Below are positions 49,201 to 57,919 of a stretch of DNA of 64,000 nt, piece by piece; positions within the stretch are counted from its first letter, which is position 1; each line of letters starts with the position of its first letter. A program made the position numbers and the translations under genes. The notes under the pieces were generated by a model. The model saw nothing but the letters and a program-made list of their open reading frames with translations, ran no database searches and had not been told where the DNA came from. The DNA is from Schizochytrium sp. TIO01 (Eukaryota > Protista > Bigyra: Labyrinthulomycetes), in the NCBI GenBank assembly GCA_004764695.1, contig SMSO01000025.1, positions 5,000,862 through 5,064,861 of the forward strand, in the 5' to 3' direction.

Positions 49201-51654
49201 GGTGCCAAAGTCCAACTCATTTGACGGTTCAATGCATACGTTTGGACCGCATCCGTGCGCAGTCATATCTACCATCAATGGTGGTTTGTCACTACCGCGA
49301 ATTCGAACCAGCAATGGTAAAGAGAGCTTTCCTGCTTTCTCAACCCGGATAGTCACATCTACAGAATATTCACTCATTGGCTCAATCGTTCCCGAAACTT
49401 CATTTGGCTCGTAGCTGGCAAGTGGATACGTTGCTTCCTCTTGAGGCAAAATTTCAAAGTATGCACGCACATCAGAGGTATTTCGAAGAAGAAGCTGTCT
49501 AGAATACGGGTATCGCAGAAAGCAAGGTCCAAAGTCCAAATGTACATCGCCCTCACGAGCTGAGTCCGAGCCACCGTAGTCATCAAATTCTGGCGCGATA
49601 GCTTGAAATCCATCGTTTACTTGATCAGGGACAATACCAGCGTGAATACCTACAGAGGGAACGGCACATTCTGCTTGAATGGGAACAGTACATTGGGCTA
49701 GACCAATTCCAATCACATCAACTACAAGGTCCATTTGATAGCGAACAACAGTTCTTGAGGTGAATCGAACTTGGACTGGCTGTTCTTCGGACGCTGGAAT
49801 GACGCCTGTACTAGGTTCGATAATAAATTCTGGCTCATCAAATTTACCATCACCAGGAACTCGTAGGGCAAATTCCATTGGGATTGCAGATGTATTGCTA
49901 ATGATGAAATCACGAGTGTTTTCAAAACCATAAGCGATTCGACCAAAGTTAAATTCCGAAACGTTAAGATCGAACGTTGGTCCAATCACAGAGCCTTTTA
50001 GACGTATACGAAGTTTGTCTTTGCTACCATTCATAGAAAATGTGACAATTTCTGAAAACGCACCAAGTTTTTGCGAGCAAAAGTCTATCTTAATGGTTTG
50101 CGTGTCCTCGACACCGAGTGTTCCACGACTAGGGGTAAAGATCACCGCTTTACCAAGGTCAGACGTGGGGTAATCTAGGCTATACTCACACTTGATATCT
50201 CCGCGATTATCAAGCTCGATTTCGTAAGAATGGTGAGAACCAATAAATACACTTCCGACATCGACAATTGCAACGTTGAATGCAGCTTTGGGACCAATCC
50301 CTTGACCGAGAATTTTGAGAGGGATTCGATTTTCTCGCCCTGTTACAGCGAGGCATGAAACTGATGCAAAGTCGGCCGCAATGTGAGGGGAGAAGGTGAT
50401 GGTGACTTCTTTGGATGAGTGGGACCAAACTTGCCCAGAGATGGGTTCAATCTTAAAATTTTCGTCTGAAAAAAGCATCGCGTCGTCCTCCACGGCTCGG
50501 CGCAAGTGTTTGTATTTTTGCTTGAGCAAGATAGGCTCAATGGTATCTCGCTCCATGTCTTCAAGTCGGTCAAGCTCTTGTAGCAGACGAGCCTTTTCGG
50601 CATCTTCCTCCATGCTTGTAGCGAATGACTTCCATTCAAAATTAACGGGGATATCCGCATCATTTGTGATTCGTACTGTACAGGTGGACATAAGCGTTAT
50701 ATATGCTGGATCTACCTCAGCAACTGGTTTATCAATTGATACATTGATCGACTCGGTTGAGCCATGAACATGTACATAAGATGTCTGTCCATTTTCATAT
50801 GCAACTTCAAGCTCTCCATCAAATTCAGCACAATGATCTGCATTGAATTTCAAAGTTACCTGAATGGTCTCCTTCATGGCCAGAAATCCAGCTCGAGGTT
50901 CAACGTCAAATGGCTCAGTTGCTCGAAGTGCAAATCGGGTGTCTCTCTCCCCAATGTTGCGAACTAGGAATGTGCGTTCATTCAGATGATTAACGGGGCA
51001 TGTGCCAAAGCCAACCTCATCGGGGAAGTCCATACACGCCCATGGGCCTAGCGCACTAATCTCCACAAGGAACTTTTCACGTTCCGTAACGCAAACAATT
51101 TTCTCCCTATAGTCGCGCTTCCCTTGGGGCTTGAAAGTCACTTCAAAACTTAACTCCATTCCTGGCGCTACGCGATCATTAGCGCGTGGGTTAGGACGTA
51201 CACTAAAGTTTGGGCCATCCAAGGCTTCTACACGTAAACGCCGAGGAACGCTATCATTGTTGCGAAAGTAAAGAGTCTGTCGATACACGCCATACTCAGC
51301 GTAGTCTTTGAATTGCATGTGCAAAGGGTATGGTTGAAAAAGAGGCTCATCCAAAGGCACTGTGGTGCCTTCTGCGTTCGGGTCCTTGATGAACTCAATG
51401 ATTTCAGGCACAGGATAACGATTCTTACGACCCCCGTTATTGCCACCAACTGATGCAGATGCAAGGTCCTGCGTAAGCATGCTAGGCGTAGGTTTGTATT
51501 GATATGCTTTGCGCTCTTCACTTGCAGACATATATCGAGGATATTTGAGATGCGGTGGAAGGTTTGCCGCCTTGTTCCCCCTTTTCTTCTCGTTCATGGC
51601 ATCGAACCCATCGCGTTTGCTCTCGCGCTCGTGTTCTTCAACGCGCGACTCCAT
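37210..51654 (-). CDS. HYDIN: Hydin, axonemal central-pair protein, 4814 aa, intronless
   Basis: 14,445-nt ORF with many ASH/PapD-like repeats (DFG...N.....F...P..G.L.PGE) and Hydin-typical segments (LFQPYP, VAPGME, VCVTEREKFLV, PSISSDPRNVF, YEFGPLL, GGEYTCALYGTCDPPRPRGPF). Confidence 0.95.
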   Translation of the reverse strand: MESRVEEHERESKRDGFDAMNEKKRGNKAANLPPHLKYPRYMSASEERKAYQYKPTPSMLTQDLASASVGGNNGGRKNRYPVPEIIEFIKDPNAEGTTVPLDEPLFQPYPLHMQFKDYAEYGVYRQTLYFRNNDSVPRRLRVEALDGPNFSVRPNPRANDRVAPGMELSFEVTFKPQGKRDYREKIVCVTEREKFLVEISALGPWACMDFPDEVGFGTCPVNHLNERTFLVRNIGERDTRFALRATEPFDVEPRAGFLAMKETIQVTLKFNADHCAEFDGELEVAYENGQTSYVHVHGSTESINVSIDKPVAEVDPAYITLMSTCTVRITNDADIPVNFEWKSFATSMEEDAEKARLLQELDRLEDMERDTIEPILLKQKYKHLRRAVEDDAMLFSDENFKIEPISGQVWSHSSKEVTITFSPHIAADFASVSCLAVTGRENRIPLKILGQGIGPKAAFNVAIVDVGSVFIGSHHSYEIELDNRGDIKCEYSLDYPTSDLGKAVIFTPSRGTLGVEDTQTIKIDFCSQKLGAFSEIVTFSMNGSKDKLRIRLKGSVIGPTFDLNVSEFNFGRIAYGFENTRDFIISNTSAIPMEFALRVPGDGKFDEPEFIIEPSTGVIPASEEQPVQVRFTSRTVVRYQMDLVVDVIGIGLAQCTVPIQAECAVPSVGIHAGIVPDQVNDGFQAIAPEFDDYGGSDSAREGDVHLDFGPCFLRYPYSRQLLLRNTSDVRAYFEILPQEEATYPLASYEPNEVSGTIEPMSEYSVDVTIRVEKAGKLSLPLLVRIRGSDKPPLMVDMTAHGCGPNVCIEPSNELDFGTVACLSTAKLKFTMHNRSLIPAPYASFLKDTRSKFTVDCTEGCLGPGEDLECTVTVCPDDTTTHRDELHLVVTEGESIIVNLKAKGSGTTIHCQELTELQKCTFGNVFTSRVHERKFLLENRGRREQLLTWTNLTLEQSQNERKKKIMEQDRLLRDKDPEVQKKAAKIRVPGEPQPTFTVYPDTVMLKPRMGCMFTIRGESNIGGELIEKLVLESKVGKDKKASKIIDASIGANFVNPLLHASLDVIEFCFTFDPDEKSTRMSDLTQRRPLKLRNVSQLPLNFILRTQEPFSVDTWEINLEPDEETSVNVLFNPLLKSDDLKTQTLHGKLIATHQNHPQKDSWDIRAQINFPNLDFEYNELNFGCLLNDTSTTQKFRITNCSVIDTMYSWAFLEEDWNKSSRKLGFQNGVVRPEPNDVFDIRPIRGLLRPGESQEVEVSYYAHANQKFNVTAICEVEGGPEYELLLKGEASHIHFKLDQDGLDFGDLIHDTTEEQAFTITNTSKVAFDFRIVSPYPDIVNCSPTEGRIFAKDTQKVAVKFSPKIPEIVVQNLMIEIAHLEPLAFPVRGRGIFASAILSLPRLEDISLRTGQEIDDDTVSTTVQPKSFAFGSQLTEGEETLPPEVQEWLGLLAEAEEALRVNTAGSGNLSQSNVGASGENDAPMADTSGTKMRPVSVSPSAPSPARSVSLGGTERPPATAPARSSNQPLTPSTTASSDHQSGSQSTGASKGTKRTKSTKSSRSSKRSVRFDMTKVRVETEASRLKFARFLHNIYDRQGLDNVALPQFDGDNVFTLATYIVDFGNVVVGKSKKKVFRVLNTSMMPLSFAVPSTALAGSSFSIEPAQVNKLAENESVELQIQFAAKKDAALGPLEWAIPLDIVNGPPVQIKVRANVTMPEVSISPSEVLDFGDLMVGQCKVVSFQLKNISPVAAEWSIQPEKTTNRSADSRAITCTPTSGTLQPNHRCNIEVTFTPREARAYTSKLPLKIVSNPRTRAITCKGSAKSIELEVTSDVLQMRPTLPSQGDSAIRQFQICNRSECPVEVYSIDFDEQYLKEESILTAVLDSMGYAMNMKAQPRKAGEPLQQSVVEQYAELQQDNEAAAATAQELDDDVEAKTEDGEHKNSEIAKEDGVGELEDVAETLNAAQGLKSHPSGPSYRERGLAMDMLLLAPKDLPWRAELTDFLCEKAGGQVPSVELDTLIERACEAGDLPVEVCVHYGLSHPDIVGGAKPPKKTRPMKEDELVALLRKSIQDSQYSQGILLTQILSKYSLEGSPEDQTLLHVRAVRTAFTNVSPSQSEVEKELTGAGEEEPPSTGEANGDHLYTPQNPLHVLLFDWTQEAYQLYISSLASQSEDTHEVDEDYFAAKEEFKTMLIKKENQLIHDLDVLQDGKIGDEENDADDPAQSSREENTGDEEKVPGWLSSLTLGEDFTSFEQSSYKIQTWLPHPGTPRPADWDEQWIPIPKERILEILDRPTKRTASSALSSPFRIEAILSNPSLDENEKSEDNMNPGGDSEEAEPSDGHEVLEVASGKFPVGKPVQPVEGAPFRWVIPPSSTLTLQVIFNSRSQGSFEQQLSFQAVGSHQQYWVLTQGVCTVPSISSDPRNVFMNRIKARPEHRLVSKKYVMAKSLYEFGPLLVGKDSEACMGDENIVSQIRNYETFRISNSSILPVNNLRLMLISGYNFGPDSLDQKVFRVEPSEMSLEAGETKDVRVWAFPTEEILYHAKLVCCVQDNPEVCEFALSCLGARPHLEINGPWDQEDTVDDSSEKKTEVPEKVLDFGRLLLKRQEERTFSVSNTSTIPVAWKLDLEAFADIPSFTVFPSEGKLAPGETRSVIVQFLAEEPSVHELSLQVIYTDTEAGEFKHAEKINVQAEAYTIQVQPDFRQEGDDRDQSESAGIDFGMRRVFETVQRQLTIKNTGKYPVEFDFRIRKKLVTGLVKIQPSHGALEADEEAQISLEFCSKNEVQLRNNKDIQCLIREPATGETVESFDVPVDACSVFSKFRVQPSKGIHFGAVKFEGKPEKTFEIRNDGLFPFSYEVLTQSALSERVEEREARMEAALKELESKATSDESSTEQENDVPGHTQSSASLPTAHQLAAARAKVELAELQVLAAPREITGDQTLKEGLFEITPSAGIIEPGSVVEIQVRFNAEGDTLAHEALRILISGRSPSDGSLLPPEIFEIAGESHVPGINTSNYDSIFEEQGVVRSLDPKMQERGVFSTEEKIFTFGAVIHTSVTAQGICERFKISNPNKIKAQVNFEIIPRNSASENIFSVHPSNIELPSHEHEFVSVYFKPTAINKYAAKFRATVVDGERKAETHVLEFDLQGEGTLPCLTVVEPSHLSNDAKYIIDLGRTRLRKPKTQEITVRNDGIVPATVRFDMDVHKSISCPMRNSSLVLQPQESRSTSITFEPLEEGEVKAELLVRVLHNEFELSRFVISGEGYQEAITFEDLPGQADDVLTFGDIALQVQEASSKLPDDGEEEQVGDASNSGVLMTANKTIRFALKNNVDSVLRYSWNNQEVSLISFSPSIGHIPPFGSTHIEASLSACEPISLNDVAAKLHIEHIQYQEEAFAQAKGKTIRWNNTMKVSHTSIEDAEGERSDTVPEPAHEPVAEKENKDVSLKCNAEVDTVRYKLAEGQEHNIHFRPTMMFQSRVFKLPVRNDGRMAMDVNWSMRSSNNSIKATLCPFSIVPAQAHVPAGSEQIFVVRYAPLEVEDFDFVAEANIPFLNHEQQPLHLRLTGIASRPVCHFELESSTYLERRKSPLPGLKADATVKVIELQSLGTRIKNTKRFHVVNPTSMAYEFELIALGESNPVFKCATSKGMILPGKRCELSFSFSPTNVDLQESLWEFRIPEQQVSQMLLLVGTVSEPRVELNRKHVNFNSILVGGYSEETVMIINHEDIPFSFSFDSASFRDLENDIMQLGGAEDLAPGNRRARSNLRIEPMSGTVGPNSTIPLTVRFAPGDEKRYNFNLVCNVQRKPDKLSLNVKGEGSAIHDRLIMDLSDTSSETHHAESAVGTGIESTEVELCHGEKNSNELNFGLIHVNDRATRTVSIHNRGKFNFDFLWVPPVELNDLDESLLTLSPLKGTVNAGETIKCTFVFHPAHEVAFDNLRFQCTVAGARKYFVVVSGRGSKPLISFSSMKLNFGPCFVADPGARSPRVEEEILVISNNETENPIAVDCTWVKTDFLDVVCEPSVLQPGERMEAIVRFSPHQLKSYPANIPFEINGLYTVNVLFNGEGTPLRVELENPDDQTLHFGGLRQGQSATKTFTLVNRSRRAVKMNLESPDDRLEQTSLLLSPAPGSVITLRPRESCTVTVSFEPEKRLSAFSVPVFLHVNGSQRKLLTITGSCLAVDVKLELSNLSFGAVCESCRLTRKIQVENAGDLGARFRWELTSTARDNFSIFPMEGVLPPHAQLMVDATFHPGNVGEEIRGDARLFVEGNEQGMFPLNLSGSCIAQPEDGISNLEFSTKVRVPQKQSIVLKNPTKTSWILRPTIHNNSWSGSEHVDVPAGGSSSYELTFRPLSMTSDESGPHEGSVFFALPTGQSLLFKMHGTASAPDAEDNVKVQTAAKQTVSVPLKVDNWCRTGQRMTVGIEKVSGPPNHFFRGAGSLDVPGGAHRDYKLVVLGHTVGESVAKVTFTNQRTGEFLFYLVSLTVGAPKIQSTLTMETGVRQTTWARISIENPFFGSDIRASFEPAAEKELYNQAKPTTTWWSCTSPAVRVKPSQTFADCSEGVFEIEYRPLVATTLGASSSAGGVAEDEFQEHDLVLRSNELGEYPYKLRLRATPAQTERSLQFRTTLGNTHEQVFRFTNYASAPTEYSCQVGQHMFFQVDAKISVQPATSWRGSEVAVKVQFEPQGLGSVRDVLRVTSTDGGEYTCALYGTCDPPRPRGPFVLDDASQAASIEFKNVFDTPMEFKFITDSEAFSVNGARTQLIKIDAHKSITLTVKATSTNAAATGKLLATCAAQPDLPAWSFYLRAGSPVTSGRQ

Positions 51655-52680
51655 TGCAAGATTTTTTTCGATGTGAGCTGCTTCGTGCAGTCTAATCCAG
51701 GTATTGATTGTTTTCCTATCGCAAAATCCACTGTTGTCGCTGTTTGAGTCACAAACCTGGGTGAGCTATTGAGCAAAGCTAGGAAAGCCCTTGCTTGCAC
51801 TGTTGCACAGGGGCAACTTTGCTCAATACCGGTCAATGTCTCTTGCTTATCCTTCTGAGTTGACTGTATCAGACTATCTAGGTCTCTTTCACGTGTGGCA
51901 GCGCCACGGAGTGCTCTCGAGAGGTCGTCCCCCGACCCCTTTTCGTCTCTTCGAAAGATGAAATTGCTTCTCGCAAACCCGCCAGCTTTAATTCTTCTAC
52001 AAAATTCCGAGCGCAAAGAAGCCATAGAATTGACACAATATTGGCATAAGGCATATATTAAATGAGATTGGGAAGAGATGAATGCCTTGTACCATTGCAT
52101 TTCCTGCGACTATTAAGTAGGTACTAACTATTAGAAGGTATATTCGAAACAGCATAACGGTCACATGGGGGTATTACATGAGTTTTTATTATAGTTATAT
52201 AGAGTATACAATAGTACATTCCAAACGACTATACTATATATTTTATAATATACCCCCCTTACCGGACAAGTGTCAAGTGACGGAGCTTAAAGTAGAGCAT
52301 TTGGGAGCGCAGAAAAAGAGTTTAAAAGCTCTGTTAGAAGAATATAATCCTGAAAAGGATGGTTAGATAGAGAGACGCGAAGAATATCAACATCGTTATG
52401 GTCATTATATATAATAATGATGTTCCACAGGTAGACACCCTTAGATGAAAGTATAAAAAGTTATGCACGGCGTTCCGAATCACCATGAATAAGAACAATC
52501 GAAGTTATGTTGTGATAAAGAAGAAACATTGGGGTGACATACAATATTTATTGCACAAGTCAGGGAGCCGCGTGAGGCATGGCAGCTGAGTTGGTTCAAC
52601 TAATCACTTGAAAACAAACGAGCTTGGATTGTTGCTGGCACGCCGAGTACTGTGAGGGACTTTGGAAAGTAAGAAAGACT

Positions 52681-53556
52681 ATGGTAGCACACTCTCAAAG
52701 GAAATGGTTCTTTGGTCTTCTTTTCACATCTTTACAAGCTTTGCTCGGATATTCAGAAGAAGCGAATATGCTGACTCGTAGCGATTTAATCATGATTGAG
52801 CGGTCTGACATTGATCAATTGCATGATCGGTTTGTGCAGTATCCAGAGCTCATCAATGCAACAAGCTATCGAGAGGGATCGTGCACAGGGTTAGGATACG
52901 CAGCATCTCTAGGGCATTTTGAGGTGGTGGCAACTTTGATTCATTTGCAGAGCAATGTAGAAGCTCGCTGCCATGAGGAAAGTTTGACGCCACTGATGCT
53001 TGCAGTTATTTGTAGTCTGCAGCACGAAGTCAATCACAACTTGTGTCCTGCACATCTAGCGAGTGAAGTTCCTGTGCATGATGACCATGCAAAAGCTGCA
53101 CGAATAATTCTTACTGACGGCCGTGCTTCTGTTTCTGCCAGTGACGCCAAGGGTCGTCAGGCGATTCACCTCGCAGCTATGAATGGAAACTTGAATATTT
53201 TGCGAGACTTGCTTAACAAAGGTGCTGATCCCAACGCACGTGATTCATATGGGTGGACTCCTATTTTTTATGCTGTACAGCGAGATGACCATGAGTGTAT
53301 CGTGCAGCTTGCACGTGGTGGCGCTCTTGTAGACGCAAAAGACGATATGGGCTATTCGCCACTGATGCATGCTGTACACCTGGGACACATAAAGTCAATT
53401 CGGGGGCTGCGACGCCATCACGCAAAATGTGCATTTGATGTTCTTGAGCTCATTTATGACAAACTAAATGAGCAATCAGACCCTCTTGAGCATAAGCGTT
53501 TAATGAAGGCGTTGGGACCACATTGTATGCCTACTAATTATCATGATGAATTGTAA
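52681..53556 (+). CDS. Ankyrin-repeat protein with N-terminal signal-like segment and C-terminal HDEL
   Basis: About 5 ankyrin repeats (GRQAIHLAAMNGN, GWTPIFYAV, GYSPLMHAV). First ATG at 52681 is followed by RKWFFGLLFTSLQALLGYS. The protein ends YHDEL*. Confidence 0.88.
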   Translation: MVAHSQRKWFFGLLFTSLQALLGYSEEANMLTRSDLIMIERSDIDQLHDRFVQYPELINATSYREGSCTGLGYAASLGHFEVVATLIHLQSNVEARCHEESLTPLMLAVICSLQHEVNHNLCPAHLASEVPVHDDHAKAARIILTDGRASVSASDAKGRQAIHLAAMNGNLNILRDLLNKGADPNARDSYGWTPIFYAVQRDDHECIVQLARGGALVDAKDDMGYSPLMHAVHLGHIKSIRGLRRHHAKCAFDVLELIYDKLNEQSDPLEHKRLMKALGPHCMPTNYHDEL

Positions 53557-56500
53557 TTTGCAAATGTAGAAGTAAACCCAATCTAGAGTTCTTAAGTGGA
53601 TATGGATTGTTCTAGCCTTGGCTCGAATGCTGTTTTGATTATTTGGTCCAATAGAAAACCGTAGACATTTTCGGGACATACGACTATACCTTCAGGACTG
53701 GCGAGAAGGTATGACCAGCATTATATGAACAAACAGTGCTATGTTTGTAGTGGAACACTTATGAATAAGACATCGATAAGATTAAGTTGCAAGGCCAATT
53801 TAAGATACCCAATTCCATTGCTTCTTGTTCAAGAATCATCAACATTCAACTGGCAGCTCGGCGTAAATATTGATTTTGAGAAATCATCTTGAGTTTGAAA
53901 GTAGGCATAGGTGGAACTCTCAATTAAAGGATGAAAATCCATGATCCGTGAGATCTATGAACCTCGAAATGAAATTTTATCAAGGGACTTGGTTCCTCAG
54001 ATTTATTTACTATGTGGTTGTAGTTCTCCAATATTTCACAGAGCAAATATGTGACGATATTCGGTTGATAGCTCCGAAAGACTAAGAGTGTAAGTAAATG
54101 AATAGTATCGACCATTCTGGTATATTTTGTTCTTTGATTTGTTAGGTAAAGAGTAAACTGTAAAGTTTTCTTTGAGAAATTACCCGTTTAGAGTGGGCTA
54201 ATTGAACCTTAAAATCCATTATTTTATTCGAAAGAACAAGCTGGTTACTTTCTGAGTAACTTTAGTCTTAGGTTGCTGTTGTCAAGTTGTGAGCGTGCGA
54301 GTGTGCGAAGTCCAGTGCAAGGTCCAACACTTTTAGCCTTTTATTGACTCGTCTGGGAGGACTCCTTTGCTGGCTAGTGTACCGCAACCAGTTGTTTATT
54401 GAAGAGTTGCCAAGAGGAACCATCTATATAAACTTGAATTTAATGATTAAAAAGTAAAAATCATGAAAAGGAAACAAGTTGAATTGATTGTCCTGAACCT
54501 GGTCAATATAAGCTCTCAAGGTTCCAACAGTTGAATCAAGAACCAATGTAATATTTTGTCATTGTAAAATTCCCTGTCGCGTACATGTAGATTCAATCAA
54601 GTCTCTACTTCGAATCAAGCCAATGCGATAGGACAATGAATTTGAAAGCATTGGATAAAATTTATCATTACGCGTTGAGCCACGGCCCAGATAATAAAAA
54701 GTATATAATCACCGTGGGTAGGTATGTTCTATATTTCAAATACAAGTATAAAGCCATCCCAATATGTTGAAGTTTCGTACCGGTTGCAACAAATATAAAT
54801 TATGCGTGCTAGACAAGGGAGGAGCCGGCCGAGTTTCGAACAAGAATCACTAAATGGAGATTGTGAAGTAGAATGGAAAAGAAATACGATACTGAGTGGC
54901 TTTGTTTGAGTAACAGGAGGTAACTTGAGTAACTCACTTGATCAATAAGCAAATGAGGCTCGGTTTTTAATCTGCGGGGCTGGAGGTGTAGTATTTATTT
55001 CAAAAGAAACTTAAGAAAGAAACGAGTATGGATGTATGAATATGTTGAACAAATCTTCGAAAGAATGTTATGGCAGGCCTCGATAAAATTTCAAACAGGC
55101 CTAGTACTAGTGAGGAGCTATACTTTAGGCAAAATCAGTAGTACAAGCAGCTCTCTTTATACGTTGTTTGGAGTGGTTAGCAACACTAGGTACTTGTTTG
55201 CTATTAGTAAAAGGTAGTACCAGATGGAATTTCTTCGTTTGAAATTTCAACTTGTATTCATTCTTCCGTGTGTCTGCAAGAGTCGTTGTCATTGCTATGT
55301 AGAAAAACATTCCTTGAGCATTACTGGGTACTAGGATGGTTACACAAATTATTATAATGCAACGTATTCTTGCCTTCTTTGTTGCTATCCCAATATCATA
55401 AAATTAGAATTTTCCTATTTCAGACATTTTACAAGATGCGCAGTACTAGGTAGGTAGGCACCGAGGTAGGCATGAATATGCGACGGCTGACCGAGTGTCT
55501 GACTGTCGAATGGTGATGAACACATTGAGGAACTTTTCGTATCGAACAATACAATCACGAGATAATTGTGGTAACGTTAGGTCCCGAAATCTTGCTGTCC
55601 ACAAGCTGGCTTTTCACATCTAATAGTCTTTTTGAAGCCTGCACTTGTGATGCATTCATGACGCAGATTTCGCTGCCAGCCGTTTGACAAACGATCCCAA
55701 AGCTCTATTCGTATCTCAGAAGATTTTATCATTCCAGGGTTGTCTATTCTTCGCAGCGGGTAGGTAACTAACTACCTACATCTCCTTTTGTTGAAATATT
55801 GCAGGTAGGAGGAGGGTGTCTATCTACAGGACAAACCCAAGTACCTAGTATCTGCCTAGGTACCTAGCTTCTAAGCATCATTCGGCACGCGCTTTCTTGT
55901 CACCTCCTCTCCTTTCAAGGAGGCAACAAACCCTACCCTGAGTTTCCCCCTGCCGACCACCCACGGCGGTGCCACGAGGCATCCGCAGCAATCATAATCA
56001 CTGCACTCATTCTCCACTCGTCTCTTCAAGTTGCTACTTCCACAACAGCGCTCACCACTGCTTCCGCCAGTCCGTGTTTACATCAAGCTACCTATTGTCC
56101 TCCAAAGTAGTCAGATATGAGTATTTCAGTCTACTACACGAAGAAGTGAAAACGCGAGAGTGCCTTGAATTCCTTGAAGCACCTCACGCACCATCCTTCT
56201 TATCATCATCATCACCGTCATCGTCATCATCATCATCATCTTCATATCACACCAAACGAGATCGTGATCATATCCCATCCATCCACATGTATTGATTGCC
56301 ACGAAGCCTCAATCCCATATGTGTACCTAGCCAGCTAAATGAATGATGCATTTCAGGTCAGGTCCGCTTCTTTTGTGCGCACATAACGGGGCGCCATTTC
56401 TGCCAAAAGCTGCGGATTTGGTGGTGCGGAAGAAGGGTGTTTGGCATAAAAGTGCGACAGGTCCCATCCATCCATCCATCCACCCACCCACCCATATATT

Positions 56501-56560
56501 CACCCATCAATTGAGGTCATCCATCAACCATTTCAACCAAACTAATCTCCGCCTCTGCGT

Positions 56561-56616
56561 TGATTGATTGATTGATTGATTGAATCATTGATTGATTGAT
56601 TGAATCATTGATTGAA
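56561..56616. repeat. (TTGA)n compound microsatellite
   Basis: TGAT units with a repeated GAATCA interruption. Confidence 0.8.
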
Positions 56617-57919
56617 TGATGTATTTACGTATGTGCGCTCGCAGTATCTTTCCTCCATCGTTTGCCACATCTACCACTTATTATGGATAGATTTCTAACT
56701 CACAAACCAAAACTTGGCCACCTTTCTCGCGCTTTTCTCTTCTCTAATTCTTGAGCCGCAGAAAGAAGCAGACCTGCTCTTCTCCGTCTCTGCTCCGCTG
56801 GTATCTGCTCAGAAGTCGCTTCTTTCCGCGATCCCAGAGCCGATGGTCTCGCAGTCTGGACTTGCGAATCGTGTCTTCAAAGGCGAATATAAAGAAATGG
56901 GACCATCCATCACATTCGCTCTCTTTCTCTCTTTCTTTTTATCCGAAAAGCAAAACAAAAAAAAAAGGATTGCATCTTTCAAATATCATTTTCCCCCATT
57001 CTATTTTGCTTTCAAAATGAAATCGAAAACAATGTGCGGATTTAAACTAAAATCGATTTATTTGTTTATAAAAATAAATAAATAAAATAAAATAAAGTAA
57101 AATGTGCTCCCTGGGTTTATCAAATATATATAATGGATTGAAATGGAAAGAGGAAAAAAGAGATTGTTAAAATAAAATAAAAAATAGTAGCCGAAGTGGG
57201 TTTGTCCTACTAAATAAGTAAGTTAATAAAAAAACTTCGTGGAAAGGAAAAGAAAAGGAAAGGAAAGAAAAGAAAGCTATTCTTTGCTGGCTGGCTTTCG
57301 CGGTATATTGAGTGGCTTTATTTATCCATTTAGATAATCAGCTGTTTGTACAAAAATATGGAAAAGGGGGGAAAAGAGTTACTCCTCAATATCTTTGAGT
57401 AACATGCATCCCCGGCCCACGAATGTGGTGCGCCAGACTCGAGTCTGAATGATGACTGAGTTGCCAGCGCTAACTAAATAAGAGAATAAGTGAGTTGAAA
57501 AAACTGATAAATAAAAAATGAGTGAGTGGGTACAGCAAGTTTTAGTGGACTGATATCTTTACGCTCCTCTATTCTTTATTGCCGACTGCGCTGCATTACG
57601 TTCCACATCCGTGAATATCAATGTTTCTACGTTTTGTGCGGATCCCTTTCCTTTAGGGTTTGAGGACTTTTGAAGGAAAGCCGATGAAAACAGACTCGAG
57701 AAAGAAAAATACAGAAGAGCAGCACTTACTCACAGCTTTTGCAGCCTATAATGCTGTATCATGGGGAAAATATTATTCGACTATTTTCTTCTCTTGCAAA
57801 CATATAGTATATTTTAAATCAACAAAAAAAAGTATTTAAAAAAATCATCATCATGAATTTGAATACTTTAAAACCTTTTATTTTAATGAAAGTAAATAAA
57901 GCAAAAGTAAATATTATTT

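Noticed and set aside
51594-52100. 168-aa minus-strand ORF overlapping the HYDIN start out of frame
   Set aside because: No recognisable motif and it lies over the likely promoter/5' UTR; an overlapping-uORF role is unsupported.
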